64,000 nt of DNA from Marsupella aquatica (Eukaryota > Plantae > Marchantiophyta): contig OZ316896.1 in assembly GCA_973895155.1 (NCBI GenBank), positions 3,696,738 to 3,760,737 of the forward strand, given 5' to 3'. This document shows, in pieces, positions 11,204 through 23,623 of this stretch (its first letter is position 1; every line of letters starts with the position of its first letter). The notes under the pieces are model-generated. The model was not told the origin of the DNA. It made no database searches and saw only the letters and a list, made by a program, of their open reading frames with translations. The position numbers were made by a program, and so were the translations under genes.

Positions 11204-14200
11204 ATGGCTCGCACGAGAAGGGTATGTTTCTTCGAGCCTTCTCGCTTCTCACCCCTTCGCTTGAGAGTCCAGAATTTCGGTGCTCGATGAGAGACAAATC
11301 GTGCCGTTCTTGAGATTGTTGCGGATTTTTGACCGATGTTTCTCTTCGCTGCAGAGGAAGAAGAGAACTCATGTTGCGCAGCAGCCGGAAGGAGAAGGGG
11401 GTGCGCCTGGTGAAAAGGTGCCTAAGAGTTTTGTTTTTGCTCGTGGTAAACTACCTCTGCTACTCCGGCAGCTGCAACAAGATTTGCGCCAGGTTATGCT
11501 GCCCCACACTGCGTCAAAGCTCAAGGTATTCTCTCAGAGAAGTATCTGTTCTGTGTCTTTGAACCCTAAATGATGATAGACCTTACTGGATTTATGCAGT
11601 GCCACCGAATTCAGAATTTCCATATGATTAGCGCTCAAATTAGAGTATAAATTTTTGATCAGAACAAGCAGGTGGTTGAAATTGGGAAATATTCCTTGAG
11701 AAGCTAGAAGGATCGTGGAAAGTAAGTTTGTTTGCATGGTGGATTGTAAAAGTTTCGGCTGTCAATTCTCAACAGTCCACACAGTGTTATGCTTTTATAT
11801 CTTCACACGCCGGTGACGCTATTTGAAATCGGTGGGAATTGACGTTAACGCAGGAGACTAGTCGGAACACAATTAAGGACTTTGTGCACGTCGCGGGCCC
11901 CCTTGGCGTCTCTCATTTCTTGATTATCTCTCACACCAAAAATGCAGCTTACCTGAAAGTCGCCAGGGCTCCTCATGGTCCTACCCTCACTTTCAAGATT
12001 CACAATTACTCCCTAGCGGCAGATATTCATCGCGCGCAAATAAGGCCCCGAGCCCCTTCCTCCATCTACCAAAGCCCACCTCTGGTAAATTTTTGAGTTT
12101 TCTAGCATTTTCTCCTTTCGTGTTCAGTGTTCAGTAGAGTTTGAATGTCATGAACAATTTGAGGATTTCTTGATGAGTCAGATGACGTAAAGGTTAAATA
12201 TTTGCGAGTGTGTGGTGCCTGCAAGAAGCTCTCCTGGTGGCTGCGCCTGTGAAACTCTGATCATCTGATTTTGTTTTGATTCTTTTCCAGCTGATAGTTT
12301 CCTGATTTATGGGGATAAGTTCTTGATTTTTCATTGATTGTAGGTTGTTCTTAATGGCTTTGGAGCAGCTGAGGAACAGTTGAAACTTATTCAGATCATG
12401 TTTCAAAACATGTTTCCAGTGATAAATGTGCACACTGTACGTTCCTCCTGTCGCACACTTGCTCTCCTCAGTATGTGCAGTTTAATTTGTTTGAAAAGTA
12501 ATGTGGATGGCACACCTTCCTCCCCATCTGTTGTCTTGCGTTCAGATTTGTGTAGATTAAGAGCAATTTGTCATTCGCCTTTTGAGAGACCAGGAGGAGA
12601 CTGAGGCTGTATCTGCGACATTCATAGACATGAGCTCGAACTGACTAAATTGAATCTTGCAGGTGAAACTAGCAACCTGCCAAAGAATATTGCTTTTGAA
12701 CTATGACAAAAACACTAAGTGCATTGATTTACGCCACTATTCTATCTCTGCCCAGCCTGTGGGTGCTTCGCGCAGCATTAGAAAGCTTGTTCAGCGGAAA
12801 AAATTACCAGACCTAAGTGGCCTGGGTGACGTTAGCGAGTTTGTTACCAAGTAATCCTTTTTCCCATGCATAGTCATACCCCTCTGGTCATTGTACCTTT
12901 TGTAAGTTCTCTTGTTTTATTTATTGGAATGAATAAAGACGTAAGGTTGCAATACTTTCATAAGCTTCATTTTGTTCATTTATTGTAAATCCCATCTTTT
13001 TTTTTGTTTCCAAGGGACTTGCTCTAATACCGCATGTGCCTTACCTTGCAGATCTGGTTATGGTTCGGAAAGTGAAGTGGAAGATGAAACATCGAAAGTT
13101 GAATTAGCGGATGAGTATGGGAAGGGAAATCACGCCGCCCACCAAAGCTCTGTAAAGCTTCACGAAGTGGGTCCACGAATGAGTCTACAACTCGTGAAAG
13201 TTGAAGAAGGGCTTTGTTCTGGAGCAGTTATGTTCCATGAATATGGTACGATACTGTTTACAAAGCAATACTTGTCATACAGGAAGGGCAAATTATTTTC
13301 GTGTTGCTTGTTGAATCTGCTTTACCTTGCCATACTTCATGTGATACTGCAGCATCTACTAAGTGATCAATGTGATTGATCTTTATCGACAGTTAAGAAG
13401 AGTGCAGAAGAAATAGCACAACTTAGAGCTCTTGTGGAGAAGCGGGAGGCTCTGCGAAAGCAACGTAAAGCTGAGCAGGAGGCGAACGTAAAGAAGAAAG
13501 AGTACGTGAAGAGATTGGGCTTTTCTGATGCATTATGCCTGAAATCGTGCTTCAGCTGTGCTTTGTGCTGTTTCTAGTTGTTGTGCAAGCTCCTGACTGT
13601 CAATTCTTGTAATTCACAGACTTGAAAAGAAGAGTCGCAAGAAGAAGAAACCAGAAGAAGGCCAAACAGCTGAAGTGGCAGGTTCAGACAGTGATGAGGT
13701 TGTCAATGAGTATGATAAGGAGGATGATGACGCTGAATATTACAGGGAGGAGGTTGGTGAAGAGCCTGATGAAGGTATGTTCCCTTTGAGGCAATTCCAT
13801 GTCAATTTCGAAGTGTAAAGACCTTTTTCAGTATGTAGAGATATTTTCTACTTCAATCTGAGACAATTTTAACAACTAGATCGCAATAGTTGAAGTAATC
13901 TTTAGATCCCCGGATGATTGAAATCTTTGTCTTGCTTTGCAAAGTAAGTAATATGCAATGCTATAGTTTCCCGAGTTCATAAGATGACTGTTTTGTGTCC
14001 AACACGCAGCTTTTAAGAGTGGAGCAAAAAGGTGGAATTCAAATAGACCAATGGGAATGTCAAAGAAGTACTTCGGAGGGAGAAAGAGAGCTGCCGAAGG
14101 TTCCAATCCCAGAAGGGAATCAAGAAATTCTGATGGTCATTCTGGGAATAGAAATTTCTCTGATAAATCAAGAAAGAGAAATTATGGTGGAGATAATGGT

Positions 14201-14230
14201 AGCAAGAACAAGAAATCGAGGCAAAGCTGA
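11204..14230 (+). CDS. PPAN: Peter Pan-like / SSF1 Brix-domain ribosome biogenesis protein
   Basis: Exons 11204-11221, 11355-11525, 11854-12084, 12344-12436, 12663-12850, 13052-13245, 13393-13501, 13620-13774, 14010-14230, all GT-AG and phase-consistent; motifs KVPKSFVFARGK, KDFVHVAGPLGVSHFL, PHGPTLTF, SGYGSESE, KLHEVGPRMSLQLVKVEEGLCSG. Confidence 0.95.
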
Positions 14231-15042
14231 TGACCAAGAGGATCTTTTAAATAGATGGTTTGAATTTGATGCTGGTTGCACATGATTCCTAGGTATTTAT
14301 TTGAAGTTGTGGCCTCGCTTGAAGTTGGGTTCATCTTGCCTGCCACTTTTCTCTTCTGGGTTTTGACATAATGGCCCCATGAGAAGTCCTCTCTGTGAAG
14401 CCGAGCAATATAATGCAATGAATACCTAGGGTCGGCAAGATACCCTGTAGGAAGGACGACAATATGTAGTCCAGGATTGAGCTATGCTTCAGCTAAAGCT
14501 TTTCTTGCCCTTGCACATGAGAACATTGCAGGCATTTTCCATTTCAGTGGGAGGTGAGGTTACCAAATGCATGCACTGCCTGTACAGCAAACCTGAAGTA
14601 CTTATCACTTGGTCAAAGAAATTGAAAATTTGGAATTAGTCCTGGACGACGCAAAACACGGATAAACAAGCTTGGCTTTTTTAGTCTGAAGGTTTAGCAA
14701 AGCCCTACTACAGTTCCTGAGACCATCCTTACAGGATAAGTCGGTAGGCGTGTGGAAGCTTTTGTTGCATGTATCCGGAGCCCATTGGTGAGGATAATTT
14801 GGAATTTTGTGCCCATAATATGTTCTTCATTTTCAATGGAAATTCTCCCTCTGCAATCTGGCAGCAATGAAGAAACTCATAGCAAATCTCATTCGAGCAT
14901 AGATGTGGACTATCAAAGCCTGACTAATACACAGAGCATTTGAACTCCATCTTTCTACGATTCATACATTCATACGCTTATCTAGTTAGTTAAAATACTC
15001 ATCATTATGTTCGCTTTCATTGATTTGGGGGAGCAACGAATT

Positions 15043-15255
15043 AAGGAGGAGAAAAAGGACAACAAGAAGTTGGAGTAAGCAAACGAAGAAAGAAGTGAAA
15101 TGGAAAGGTCGAAGTAAGGAGGAGAAAAAGGACAACAAGAAGTTGGAGTAAGCAAACGAAAAAAGAAGTGAAATGGAAAGGTCAAATTAAAGAGGAGAAA
15201 AAGGACAGCAAGAAGTTGGAGTAAGCAAATGAAGAAATAAGTGAAATGGAAAGAA
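15043..15255. repeat. Purine-rich tandem repeat, 3 x ~73 bp
   Basis: AAGGAGGAGAAAAAGGACAACAAGAAGTTGGAGTAAGCAAACGAA..AAGAAGTGAAATGGAAAG at ~15043, 15116 and 15190. Confidence 0.9.
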
Positions 15256-16896
15256 AGGACATGATTGGGTGGGCAAGCACCCAGGGACCCCTTTGTCTTT
15301 ATCTAAGGACAAGGAAAGAAAGGAAAGGAAGAAAGGCTCTATTTTTCCTCAAAGAATGACAAATGGAAAGAAAAGAAATGAAAAACAAAGAGAAAAGCTC
15401 CAAAGCTCCGTCCTGCATGTATTGTCTCACAAAACCCTAAACCCTTAGCATTCCCAAAAGTATTGGTTAAAAGCAGATGCAAATCTCCACACTATCTGCT
15501 TACCCTGCTACATGTGGACTACCGAAGCATGTGCAGCCATGCTTGTCGTTTCCACATGCAGGCCTTACAGGGCCTGTTGGAATTGTCCCTTTGTTTTGTT
15601 CCAGTTTCAAGGTTCAAGGTTTGCAAGTTTTCAGTTTCCAGCCCTTGCTGTGGTTCTCTACTTCATATGCAGGCAGGTCTGTCTAAGGAGGAGGTTGAGG
15701 CATACAAACATCAATGTTGGCATGCCAGGTGTTTGGTTCAGGCCTGTAAAAACTCTGCACAGCCCAGAGGACAAGGAAAACATTAGGGCATTCACCCAAG
15801 GACGCCATACCCCATACAAGAAGGGAAGGAGGCTGGAAAACCACCATTTTGACTTTCACAACCAAGGAACAACCACTTCCCTCTCCTCCACTACCCAATA
15901 AATTAGTGCATACCAGGGATCAGTAGTGCTTAATAGAACTAGGTTTTGTTGGGGCTTATGTTGTACGTCTTTAGTATGACCCCCCCTCCCTCAAGGATGT
16001 TATGCAAAATAAAGCCTGAGGAGTCCTTAGGTCTGTTGTGAGTAGATTGTCCATAAAGAGTGTTACATTACCTCATTCCTAACTTAGCTACAGTACCCTT
16101 TTTAATGAAGAAAATACTTAAAAAAATCTCTTGGGATGAGTGAGAGGCCAACAACCTGAAATTTAGACAGCTTGACTTATCTGAATTCATTTTAGTCCCA
16201 GCTATGAGGGTCCCCAAAGTCTAAACCCTACAAAAATAATTGAATACATGTATGCCCCTTCGTTAATCATCTCTGTTCTTGACAACTATAGAACATTGGG
16301 TGAATACTCTCTACCCCAAAGATTTGGCAGTGAGTAAATAACAAATGTAGGACGTTGTAATGTGCGATTTGGAAGACTAGCCCAATCACCTGTGCATATG
16401 CCAGGAAGGGCTCCCACACCCAGACTCTCCATGCTGGTCCTTACTTATAAGCATAACCTAAATATTAAAATTTTCTGCTACCAAAACTAGAATGGCCCTA
16501 TGGTTTCACCGTACAAAGTAGGTCATGAATGGTCATTGGGCTTAGATCATGCATAGACTATCCCAATGCCGGAGCGTTGCACGATTGCATGCATGGCAAG
16601 GGTGATGGCAAGACATGGAGGGTGAGGTACAGATTGCAAGGCTCAGGGGCAGATGGCGAGGCAAAGGGCACATATTTGGCTGATTGGACAGTGATGAATA
16701 AATATTTTCCCAACAAACGGCGAGGATTTATTCCTGTCCACATGATATTCCATAAATATACAATCAGCCAGAATGGGCTACATAGGATAGTGTAATGTTT
16801 GATACATAAGTACCACTTGGTAAGCTGACTGGAAAACCACAACTGAGCTGCCTGATCATAAGCGGGAACTCTCAAACCAAACCTACCCTTTGAAAC

Positions 16897-17080
16897 CAGA
16901 GAAATATTTTATGGACCCCCAAAATGAGAAGTGTTACTTGCTGGACACCATCAGGTTTGGGTACTTAGATTTAAGGCCTACCAATGGTCTGACTACCTCA
17001 TGGGGTCCATAACACTTTTTATTTTGGGGGTCCATTGAAAAACACTTTTTATTTTGGGGGTCCATCAAGTATATCTCTCC
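16897..17080. mobile_element. Mutator-type MITE with ~40-bp TIRs and 9-bp TSD
   Basis: GAGAAATATTTTTATGGACCCCCAAAATGAGAAGTGTT inverted to AACACTTTTTATTTTGGGGGTCCATCAAGTATATCTC; flanks CTTTGAAAC (16888-16896) and ATTTGAAAC (17081-17089). Confidence 0.8.
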
Positions 17081-17270
17081 ATTTGAAACTGAACAAGGAA
17101 TGAGCTGTGGTGTCGCCAAGTCAGATTTGGTATCAGGGGTTTTACTCAGCTCAACTTTTCCGCTGCCAAGACTGATCGGAAAGTCTCAAACCTGCGTTTA
17201 CAAATTGAGCTACTGCCGTGCTCAAGATCATTGCAACAGCACCCATGTGACAGATTCCGCGAAGAGGAAC

Positions 17271-17325
17271 CGATCTTGAGGAAATGCATTTCATTCGCCG
17301 ATCTTGAGGAAATGCATTTCATTCG
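17271..17325. repeat. Perfect 27-bp tandem duplication
   Basis: CCGATCTTGAGGAAATGCATTTCATTC occurs twice, upstream of the SET gene. Confidence 0.9.
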
Positions 17326-17602
17326 GAGGTGTTGGTTACCAAACTTCTCCATGAATTGCTAAATGCAGGAAAGAAGGGTAACAGATAGGCCCTCACTGTA
17401 ATCGCTCCGTTGTTCAGAAAGCGGGGGGAGGAAGAGGTTTCACCGTTTCTCTCGTGGGTCGTGTCGGCATAGGACTCTCGCAAAAGCTTGATTGTACTAC
17501 GAAAAAGCTTGATTGCCTTACTCTGCGTAGGCTTTGAGCTCCCAGGCCTGCTATAAGGAATCCAGCTACGGTAGCTCTTGGCCTGGGGCCTAGTCTGGAA
17601 TC

Positions 17603-20600
17603 ATGGTTAGTTCTGATGGAGTAGAACTGGGCAAAGGAGACATGAAAGATAACCTGCGGCAATTTCGCAATTGGCTGGAGGTGATTTCTGTTTCTTCTTT
17701 TCGGGCTCCAAGTTGATAATTTGAAGTCGTTTTTTGTAAATCGGGAGCGAGTTGTCCTGTTGGTACTTGAGCTCTGAATTCTTGGCTGGAGGAATGAATG
17801 GATTGTGGGCGATCATTCTGGCTGAAGAATTTCCAACCTGATCTTCTATTTTATCATAGTCAGTGACTCAAGCTTTGTTTTCATCGCAGGTGAATGGAGC
17901 GCAGCTTCGGGGCTGCACTCTGAAGCCGTGCGAAGAAAACATTGAAGCAGGGCTGGGTGTTTACAGTTCTGACGGTCGTCCTGAGAATGGTCAGATTCTT
18001 TATATTGCATTCCAGTCATTTCCGTTGCCAAAGAGTTTATGTTAGCTACACGTGCTTTATATAGACAGAGGACGGTCTCAAGGATGGTGTTGTGCCATTT
18101 TCCCTTTCTTTCCGAAACGCGTCTCTCCTGACTCTTTTGTTACGGTCTCGTCCTTCAGGCATCCTGATGGTGATACCTCTGGCCCTCGCAATCACACCAA
18201 TGACAGCACTCCAGGATCCTCTGCTTGGGCCCGTGTTTGCAAAGCTTTTCGAAGACAGAGATGTGGATGACAGGCTTGTCGTCATGCTTCACCTCTTGGT
18301 TGAGAATCTCCGTGGAGACTCCTCGTTTTGGGCGCCGTATCCATAAAGTCCTGCTATTGTACACCTTTCCCGTTTTCAAGAACGAATTTTTTTCTTGCTC
18401 GGCGTGAAACATGACAACGTATGCTCTCGACAACAAACATCTTCGTATAAGGAGTTGACTATATTTGCAGTTCTGCATCATTTGTGACATCCATGCAGAC
18501 CCTGCCCCAATCTCCATATGGTGAGATACATCCTTTACTTCCTCGGCCAGATATCTGAAAATGCTTCCCAAGAAGTTTGGTATGACCCTTTGCTTCACAG
18601 AAGAAGAGCTGTTGGAGCTGAAGGGAACTTCTCTATGTAAGGCGACGAAAATTCAGGTTATTTTGAAGTCTCAGCCCATTTCATTTATTTGTAACCCAGC
18701 AATTCTCTGTCACGTTCTTGCTGTGGGTTTTCGGGGAGGCACCTGTTATCTTTTAGCCTCAGCATTCTGTGGTACTGGCTGTGGGTGATTGGAGCCTTCT
18801 CCAAGTATCCAATTTTAATTTGGGTAGGACCTTTCCTTTGCAGCAAGAGGGCTTGAGGCGACATTTTTATGAGGAAGTGAAGGGCCTGGCCGAGGCAATT
18901 CTAACATCTGTTGGCTGGGTTGAAAGGTGTGCCTCAGCTTGACTAGAGTGTTTTCACAATTTGGAATTCGAGGTTCCTGATATCATACTCCAGAAGCAGA
19001 AATGGATGCCTGAAGTCTCTGCCACTGATATGGACTGTTGTTTTAATGGAAATGTTCTTGCTTGATCGCAGGGAAGTGGAGTTTGAAGACTTCTTGTGGT
19101 ATGTACTCTTGACACCTCCTAGTTTCATTCGTCCGCATTGTGGTTATCTCAACAGATTTGCGATTTTCTGGTAGCGTGTGAGGGCATCAACTAGGTTCCA
19201 TGGTTTGAATAACGTCAATTCAACTTGCCATACTTAGTTCATTACGTTGGGAAAATGGCAAATTACCAAATTTTCCGCTCGACTGTTTGCTGAGTATAAA
19301 GCGTTCTGATATTTTTACAGGGCTAATTGTATCTTCTGGACCCGTGCCCTCAATGTTCCTTTCCCACAGTCATTTGTTAGCCCAAATACGTTGCCAACGC
19401 GATCTTTCTATCCACACGAGGAGCCAAGTGTGGTCGATGTTACAGCAGTCGTTGAAGGGTTTGGGTTGGACAGTGGGTTTCCAGATATATGGGAGAAGCA
19501 ACAATGGGGTTCCTTAGAACATTCTCCCAGTCCACAGCAGCAGGGTGAGGACGTTCTGAGACGAGATGACGAATTGAAAGAAGGAGCCTTGCAAGAGAAC
19601 TTTATAGCAGACGACGCAGTTAAATCAAGGAACATGGACGATCATTTTGATGTCGGAAGCCCGAATCAAACTTCATCGGACTTGGGACCAAATGCAGAGC
19701 GCGAACCAGAAGCAACTGTCTGGGTTGAGGGTCTTGTTCCAGGCATTGACTTCTGTAATCATGGTAGGTGGCCCCCCTGGATTGGTGGTTACTTTAAAAT
19801 ACAAATAACTGTCATGTATAGCTTACGTTGTGGCTTTTAGCAGTACCACCAATTTTTAGTGTATACAGATTTACTGTGGGTCGACTTTTTCAGCTAGTCA
19901 GGCAGTTGCTGTGTGGGAGGTTGATGATCGAAGGGGATCTACGAGTGGTATTCAACACTCTATGTATTTAGTGACAGGTATTTTGGAATCTTTCCCAGAG
20001 GATTTGCCAAAGTATTTGTATCTTTTCAGTTGCCACAGACAAGTACATCGTCACACATCTGTCAATCTACGTTATTATCAGTATCCTCAGTTTGAAATGT
20101 TATCTTGACTTGTCCCGCGTATGAAAGCAGGCCCAGGCTTTGAATTTCCTTCAAATACAGAAATTGTAATCAATTATGGGAATAAAGGAAATGAGGCAAG
20201 TAGCTGCGTGCTCATTTATTTTCCAGTGAATGTTGTTTTTTGATCGGCTTCAGAAGAATGTAAACTCAAAGTTCTGCTGAAATTCCTCAGGCGCAAGTCT
20301 AGCAAGGATTGACAGTTGATGCTTATGGAAACTGTGATAACAGGAGCTACTTTTCTTATATGGTTTCGTGGTGGAAAACAATCCTGACGACTACCTGATG
20401 GTGAGAGTCAGTGTAGTCAGGACTCTCAACTGGTTTTGTTACGTGTGTATTGGCTTAAAACATGTACAAGTTCTAAGCTAGCTGCATGCCACAATGGCTG
20501 ATTATGTATGAACACAATGTTCAACCTCCATTGTCACCCAAACTGCAGGAAAACAAAAATAGCCCATTTTCTCCCACTTTTCTATTTTCTCCACGATATA

Positions 20601-22552
20601 GTTTTTACTAATTATGGGGTTCTGGTATGACAAACCCTGAGGGATGATAGTGGTGGCTTAAGGACAATTTGCAATGGATAGTAAACTTCCTCGAATCTTA
20701 GTGGAAACACATTTCCTTCTTCATATGACACAGCTACATAGAAGTTGAGGAGGGAGAATTAATGTCACCATGGTACACAAGTGTAGTTAAGGGACGGATG
20801 CTGGCTAACCATAGAATCTCGCGCTTTGCAAAGTTGCAAATCTTTGTTTCGCTTAGTGTCACGTTGGATCACCTTGTTTATTCCGGAGGTGAGGAGTCGA
20901 CCGTTTGCTGTCGCTGGTCATTGACTAAAAGATGGAAATTTGGCATTTGTCCTGATAGAGCATTTCGCTGTTGTCGATGCAGGTTCATTTTCCAAAGGAG
21001 GCTCTAGAACAGGGAGTCTGCCTGGAGGAAAAGTCCTTATTACTTGAAGAACAGGTTTCTTGTCCTGACTTGCCCACCTTCAAGACCATGAAACTTGGTC
21101 CTTACCTTGCTCGGTAGTGCCGAAGGTGCACCATACAACTTCCTATATTGAACAGATAAAGATTACCATTTAACCAGACAAGGATCATTCGTCAGATCCC
21201 GAGTCAAACATTATGATCCCATAGGTTGACTTACGCTTAGATCGTTAGGTGATTTTTTGCATCTAAGTTTGCTCATTTCCCCATAGACCTCCACGTTACA
21301 CTTAGAATCGTAGTGTTTGCACGACTAACATGATAGTTTGCTGTTACAGAAGCTGCCTTTGCGCTGGTTACTCCCCATATCTCTTTTGAAAGATGGTTAC
21401 GTGAATCAACAGTACAGCAGAGCTTCTCCAAGTTCAGATATTTTGAAAGACAAACTCTATTCCAATAACTACAGTTGGAGTGGTCACCGCAAACCTCCAC
21501 ATAATCTAGAGAGGCAAATGTTTCCAGAGGAGCTGATGTCAGCCCTCAGAATAATTGCGATGACAGAGGAGGAAGTCCGTAGTACAACATCTCTACTGGA
21601 AGAGGTGAGTCGCACCGACATCAAACACCAACTTTTCTTGGTGTCAAGCGCCTTCAATGAATTGTTACGGTGAGCTATTATTCCAGAAGCACTTGAGAGA
21701 CGATTTTAAACATTGGGTTGTTTCGTCCCCGTAAATAGACGTAGGAAAGATTCAGTGATATCTTCGGAGTTGTATCCCCAAAGTTGTTTCCCATTTCTTA
21801 TACCCGGGATAACCTTAAATCTGACCAGAATTCTCATCTGGTTATAGTTGTCGGAACCAAGCAGTGAACGGGTTCCATCTGCTGAAGATATAAGAGCGGC
21901 TGTGTGGGAGATTTGTGGCAATGCCGGAGCTTTACAGCTGCTGCAAGATTTATTAACTTCCAAGTAAGTGCGTTGAGTGGTGCACTCTGATGTAATTTGC
22001 TTGAGTTCGTGCCACTTCTTTCTGGATGATACCATGCTGATTTCATGCCCACCTTTGCTCAAGCCGATATTAACAGAGCTTGCACGAACAACTGTACTGG
22101 TAGTAGTTTTACCTTGTAGATGTAATCGCAACGTATGGGTTCGGTGCAGAATGTTGGCAATCGAAGAAGGGACGGGATCTGAAGATATAGATGCACGGTT
22201 GCTTGAGAAAGACACCCAAGCTCAAACAGAAGCTGCGAAGAAAAGGCAACTTGGCAGGTGTGCATTTGCTCCTTGCTGTTGTTTTCTTAGTACGGGAGAT
22301 TGAGATGCTCTCTTAGTTTTTGGTCCCATGGTTTAACTCACCTTTAGTTTTCAGTCTCTTAGCATAAGCAATATTTGTTTTTTTGTGGAATATTTGCTTG
22401 ACAGTGCATACGTGGGAGACGAAGAATTCATCGAGAAGAATCTGTTGAGCAGAAACAAGCGAGCGTGTGTTGTCTATAGAAAGGGGCAGAAGCACTTAGT
22501 CAAGCTATTTATTCAGGAAGCCGAGTATGCACTACAGTCGTGGCTCTCGTAA
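17603..22552 (+). CDS. SET-domain lysine methyltransferase, Rubisco LSMT/SETD3-like family
   Basis: 15 exons (first 17603-17680, last 22405-22552); motifs LMVIPLALAITPMTALQDPLLGP, WAPYLKMLP, FLWANCIFWTRALNVP, WVEGLVPGIDFCNH, INYGNKGNEELLFLYGFV, VYRKGQK; from memory, similar to Arabidopsis At1g01920. Confidence 0.92.
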
Positions 22553-22972
22553 GTTATATGGGAATGTCCGTAAGTTTTATGCTCTCACAGTACCTTCTCT
22601 CTACCTCCATGATTCGGTGTTAGACTTCATATACTTTACAACAGAATGGGCTCCAATATACGGTGAAACACGAATAGGTGCAAAGAGGGTATTGAGTCGA
22701 TTGAAGGAAGGTCATACCTTGAAAGATTTGAAGGCAGACTATGGACCAGATCAAGGAATCTGAGGATGCTTAACAGTCTCGGTTGATCATTCTTTCCAAT
22801 TGGCGTGGAGTTGATCCGCTAATTCAGGTCATTCCCGTCACACGCTATCAGTTTTATTCCCAAAAATAGTTCTTTTGAGAAAGGAGTGGGTCCAATGAAC
22901 GGACCTGGATCGTTACAGGCTGTAATAAATTTTTTAACCTAGACTGGGCATCTTCTCGGTAACATGCATGCG

Positions 22973-23090
22973 ACAATTCGATTAATTCATTCTCGGAACC
23001 TGTATCCATTCAAGAGTTTGAAGCTCAGTGAAATACAATACAATTCGATTCATTTCATTCTCGGAACCTGTATCCATTCACGAGTTTGAA
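22973..23090. repeat. Tandem duplication (~67 bp spacing) between convergent gene ends
   Basis: CAATTCGATT..TTCATTCTCGGAACCTGTATCCATTCA.GAGTTTGAA occurs twice. Confidence 0.85.
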
Positions 23091-23623
23091 ATGAAGTGAA
23101 GTGAGATGCAGACCGAAAGGCCTTGCCTAGACTTTCTTTTATTGTGCCCCTCTCAATGGCAGTCCTCAGCTAGGCGCAAGTCCCCTGAGTTACCCTTCAT
23201 GTAAAATTCAATTGCAAGTTCCCTCATCAGTAAACTGGTTTCAGTAGCTCATGGATCCCGATATTCTCTCTTGTGGAAAAGTCGGCCTGTGAACTTTGCA
23301 TTTTCTTTTCTATTCTTGCCTTGGACGGGATCTAGTGCATAACTCAAAAACGAAATGAAAGAGTAGAGCGTCCTGAGTCCGTGATTCTCTAGCATCTACA
23401 GAAGACTGAATTTCCGTTCATCTACGAATAGTAGAGCGTCTTGAATTCTGTACTCCACCTTCCCTAGATCACTCAGTGCTTTGTGAACAAACGAAGTCCG
23501 ATGGTGATTGTAGAAACCCACAAAATTTCTGCATTTGAGATAGGCATTACTTGGAAATCGGACCTGCTGGGGTGCCAGGTAAAGGAATGTGAGACTTTAC
23601 ACTCCCATTTAGTATGATAAAGG

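Noticed and set aside
12851-13051. PPAN intron with GTAATCCTTT donor and CCTTAC near the acceptor, as a possible U12 intron
   Set aside because: The donor has an extra A that breaks the GTATCC register and fits U2 GTAA; the branch-like motif is too close to the AG
16529-16795. 88-aa ORF with natural-looking composition
   Set aside because: No recognisable family or splice-supported gene structure
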